Shown here piece by piece: positions 63,120 to 64,000 of a stretch of DNA of 64,000 nt. Source of the DNA: Anaerolineales bacterium (GTDB taxonomy: Bacteria; Chloroflexota; Anaerolineae; Anaerolineales; Villigracilaceae); assembly GCA_016932715.1 (NCBI GenBank), contig JAFGCG010000053.1:499-64498 (forward strand). Reading direction: 5' to 3'. Position numbers and translations under genes: made by a program. Each line of letters starts with the position of its first letter. The first letter of the stretch is position 1. Under the pieces are notes generated by a model. The model ran no database searches. It was not told the origin of the DNA and was given only the letters and a program-made list of their open reading frames with translations.

Positions 63120-63863
63120 ATGAAGACGCTCCTGCGATTCTTTTTCCGCCTGCTCTATCACGAGTTCGCGTTCACCTACGATCTCGTCGCTGCGACTGTT
63201 TCGTTTAATCGCTGGAAAGACTGGGTCATGAGTGTGCTGCCGTTCATCGAGGGGCAGCGGATCCTTGAGATCGGGCACGGTCCCGGACATTTGCAGCGCG
63301 TCCTCCTCAGCCGGGGCCTGGCTGCCGTGGGAATCGACGAATCGGCCCAGATGGGTCATCTCGCCAAACGGAATCTGAGGCGGGGAACCTTTTCGCAATC
63401 CCGAAATGACCACTCCTCATCTCAAAGTCCATTTTCCTCTCGCCATTTTGCCTACACGCAAACCAATCTGACTCGTGGAGTGGCACAACATCTCCCCTTC
63501 CCAAACAAAACCTTTGACACCGTTGTTGCCACCTTTCCGGCAGAGTACATTTTTGACCCCACAACCCTGGCGGAGGCACAGCGGGTCCTGGTGCAAGGCG
63601 GCAGATTTGTCATCCTGCCAGGGGCACTGATCACGGGCCGCGGCGCGCTGGATCGCTTGCTGGCCTGGGTATTTCGCATCACCGGAGAAACCCCTCCAAA
63701 TCTATCTGAGATGATCCGTGAAAGAACCAGGGAGCCTTTCGCCCAGGCCGGATTTCAGGTGGAAACCCATGAGGTCACTGTGCGATCAAGCCTGGTGTTC
63801 ATCGTGCTGGCAATCAAAATCCAAACCACGGAAGAGATAGAGCATGTTCCAAAAACTGCGTGA
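63120..63863 (+). CDS. Class I SAM-dependent methyltransferase
   Basis: ILEIGHGPGHL (motif I), VGIDES, FDTVVATF. Start set at MKTLLRFF (63120). The track ORF from 62691 overlaps the YtxH gene and terminator. Confidence 0.78.
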   Translation: MKTLLRFFFRLLYHEFAFTYDLVAATVSFNRWKDWVMSVLPFIEGQRILEIGHGPGHLQRVLLSRGLAAVGIDESAQMGHLAKRNLRRGTFSQSRNDHSSSQSPFSSRHFAYTQTNLTRGVAQHLPFPNKTFDTVVATFPAEYIFDPTTLAEAQRVLVQGGRFVILPGALITGRGALDRLLAWVFRITGETPPNLSEMIRERTREPFAQAGFQVETHEVTVRSSLVFIVLAIKIQTTEEIEHVPKTA

Positions 63864-64000
63864 ACCCGTCAACAGCCTCACCCATTGGGGCGCTGCGCTC
63901 CTTGCATTCGTCGGGCTGGTGATCCTGCTCGTCGTCGGCTGGGGCAGGCCTGCCAAGGTCATTTCATTGGTCGTCTATGGTCTCAGTCTGATCTTTTTGT
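63844..64000 (+). CDS. Hemolysin III / PAQR-family membrane protein, 3-prime end outside the window
   Basis: My translation from the ATG at 63844 is MFQKLREPVNSLTHWGAALLAFVGLVILLV...VVYGLSLIFL. It resembles the hemolysin-III N-terminus and is open to the window edge. Confidence 0.55.
   Translation, partial: MFQKLREPVNSLTHWGAALLAFVGLVILLVVGWGRPAKVISLVVYGLSLIFL

Noticed and set aside
1-64000. Prophage, integrative element, transposon or toxin-antitoxin content as an explanation for the accessory-looking blocks.
   Set aside because: I found no integrase, transposase, recombinase, phage structural or plasmid transfer gene, and no tRNA attachment site, in any frame. Only indirect hints of horizontal origin remain (AT-rich gaps, twin hairpins, gene remnants).

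Overview
This 64 kb window is densely coding. I call about 66 CDS, gene remnants and partial genes, plus terminators, candidate promoters or operators, and several intergenic repeat families. I recognised no rRNA, tRNA, CRISPR array, transposase or integrase. Gene content and the type of palindromic repeats suggest a Chloroflexota/Anaerolineae-like chromosome, but that is inference only.

Layout:
1. 1-9.6 kb: two tandem MacB/FtsX-type ABC modules whose ATPases carry a C-terminal cyclic-nucleotide-binding-like domain, followed by a 7TM-PAS histidine kinase and a single-domain receiver.
2. 9.9-16.4 kb: mixed housekeeping genes (YigZ, amidase, CBS pair, class II aldolase) and a stand-alone TIR-TPR protein.
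3. 16.9-27.9 kb: a six-gene same-strand module. It encodes a TM-less SPFH protein, an orphan protein, an S1-REC-GAF-HK, a REC-polyGAF-HK, a REC-kinase-fold protein and a minimal STAND NTPase. I cannot map it to a described system, and it is my top candidate for something new.
4. 29.4-35.7 kb: ArsR, TusA, a Cys-poor MvhD-like protein, two HdrA/Qmo-like flavoproteins, a QmoC-like membrane Fe-S/cytochrome protein and a DsrE-like protein.
5. 35.8-48.7 kb: about 20 co-directional minus-strand genes with a metal, thiol and Fe-S trafficking theme (VKOR, TsaA-like, DUF364, ArsR, MBL, CGGC, ZIP, DUF59, two MinD-ferredoxin ATPases, two NifX-like proteins, a triheme cytochrome c, an XRE-cupin regulator).
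6. 49-53.6 kb: DegV, a membrane protein, a GAF-HD-GYP protein and three decayed gene remnants.
7. 53.6-61.9 kb: a TetR-headed beta-oxidation operon whose intergenic junctions all carry long hairpin-forming repeats.
8. 62-64 kb: small stress-type membrane proteins, a methyltransferase and a partial hemolysin-III-like gene.

All functional calls come from motifs read by eye in the supplied translations. None has been checked by HMM or database search.
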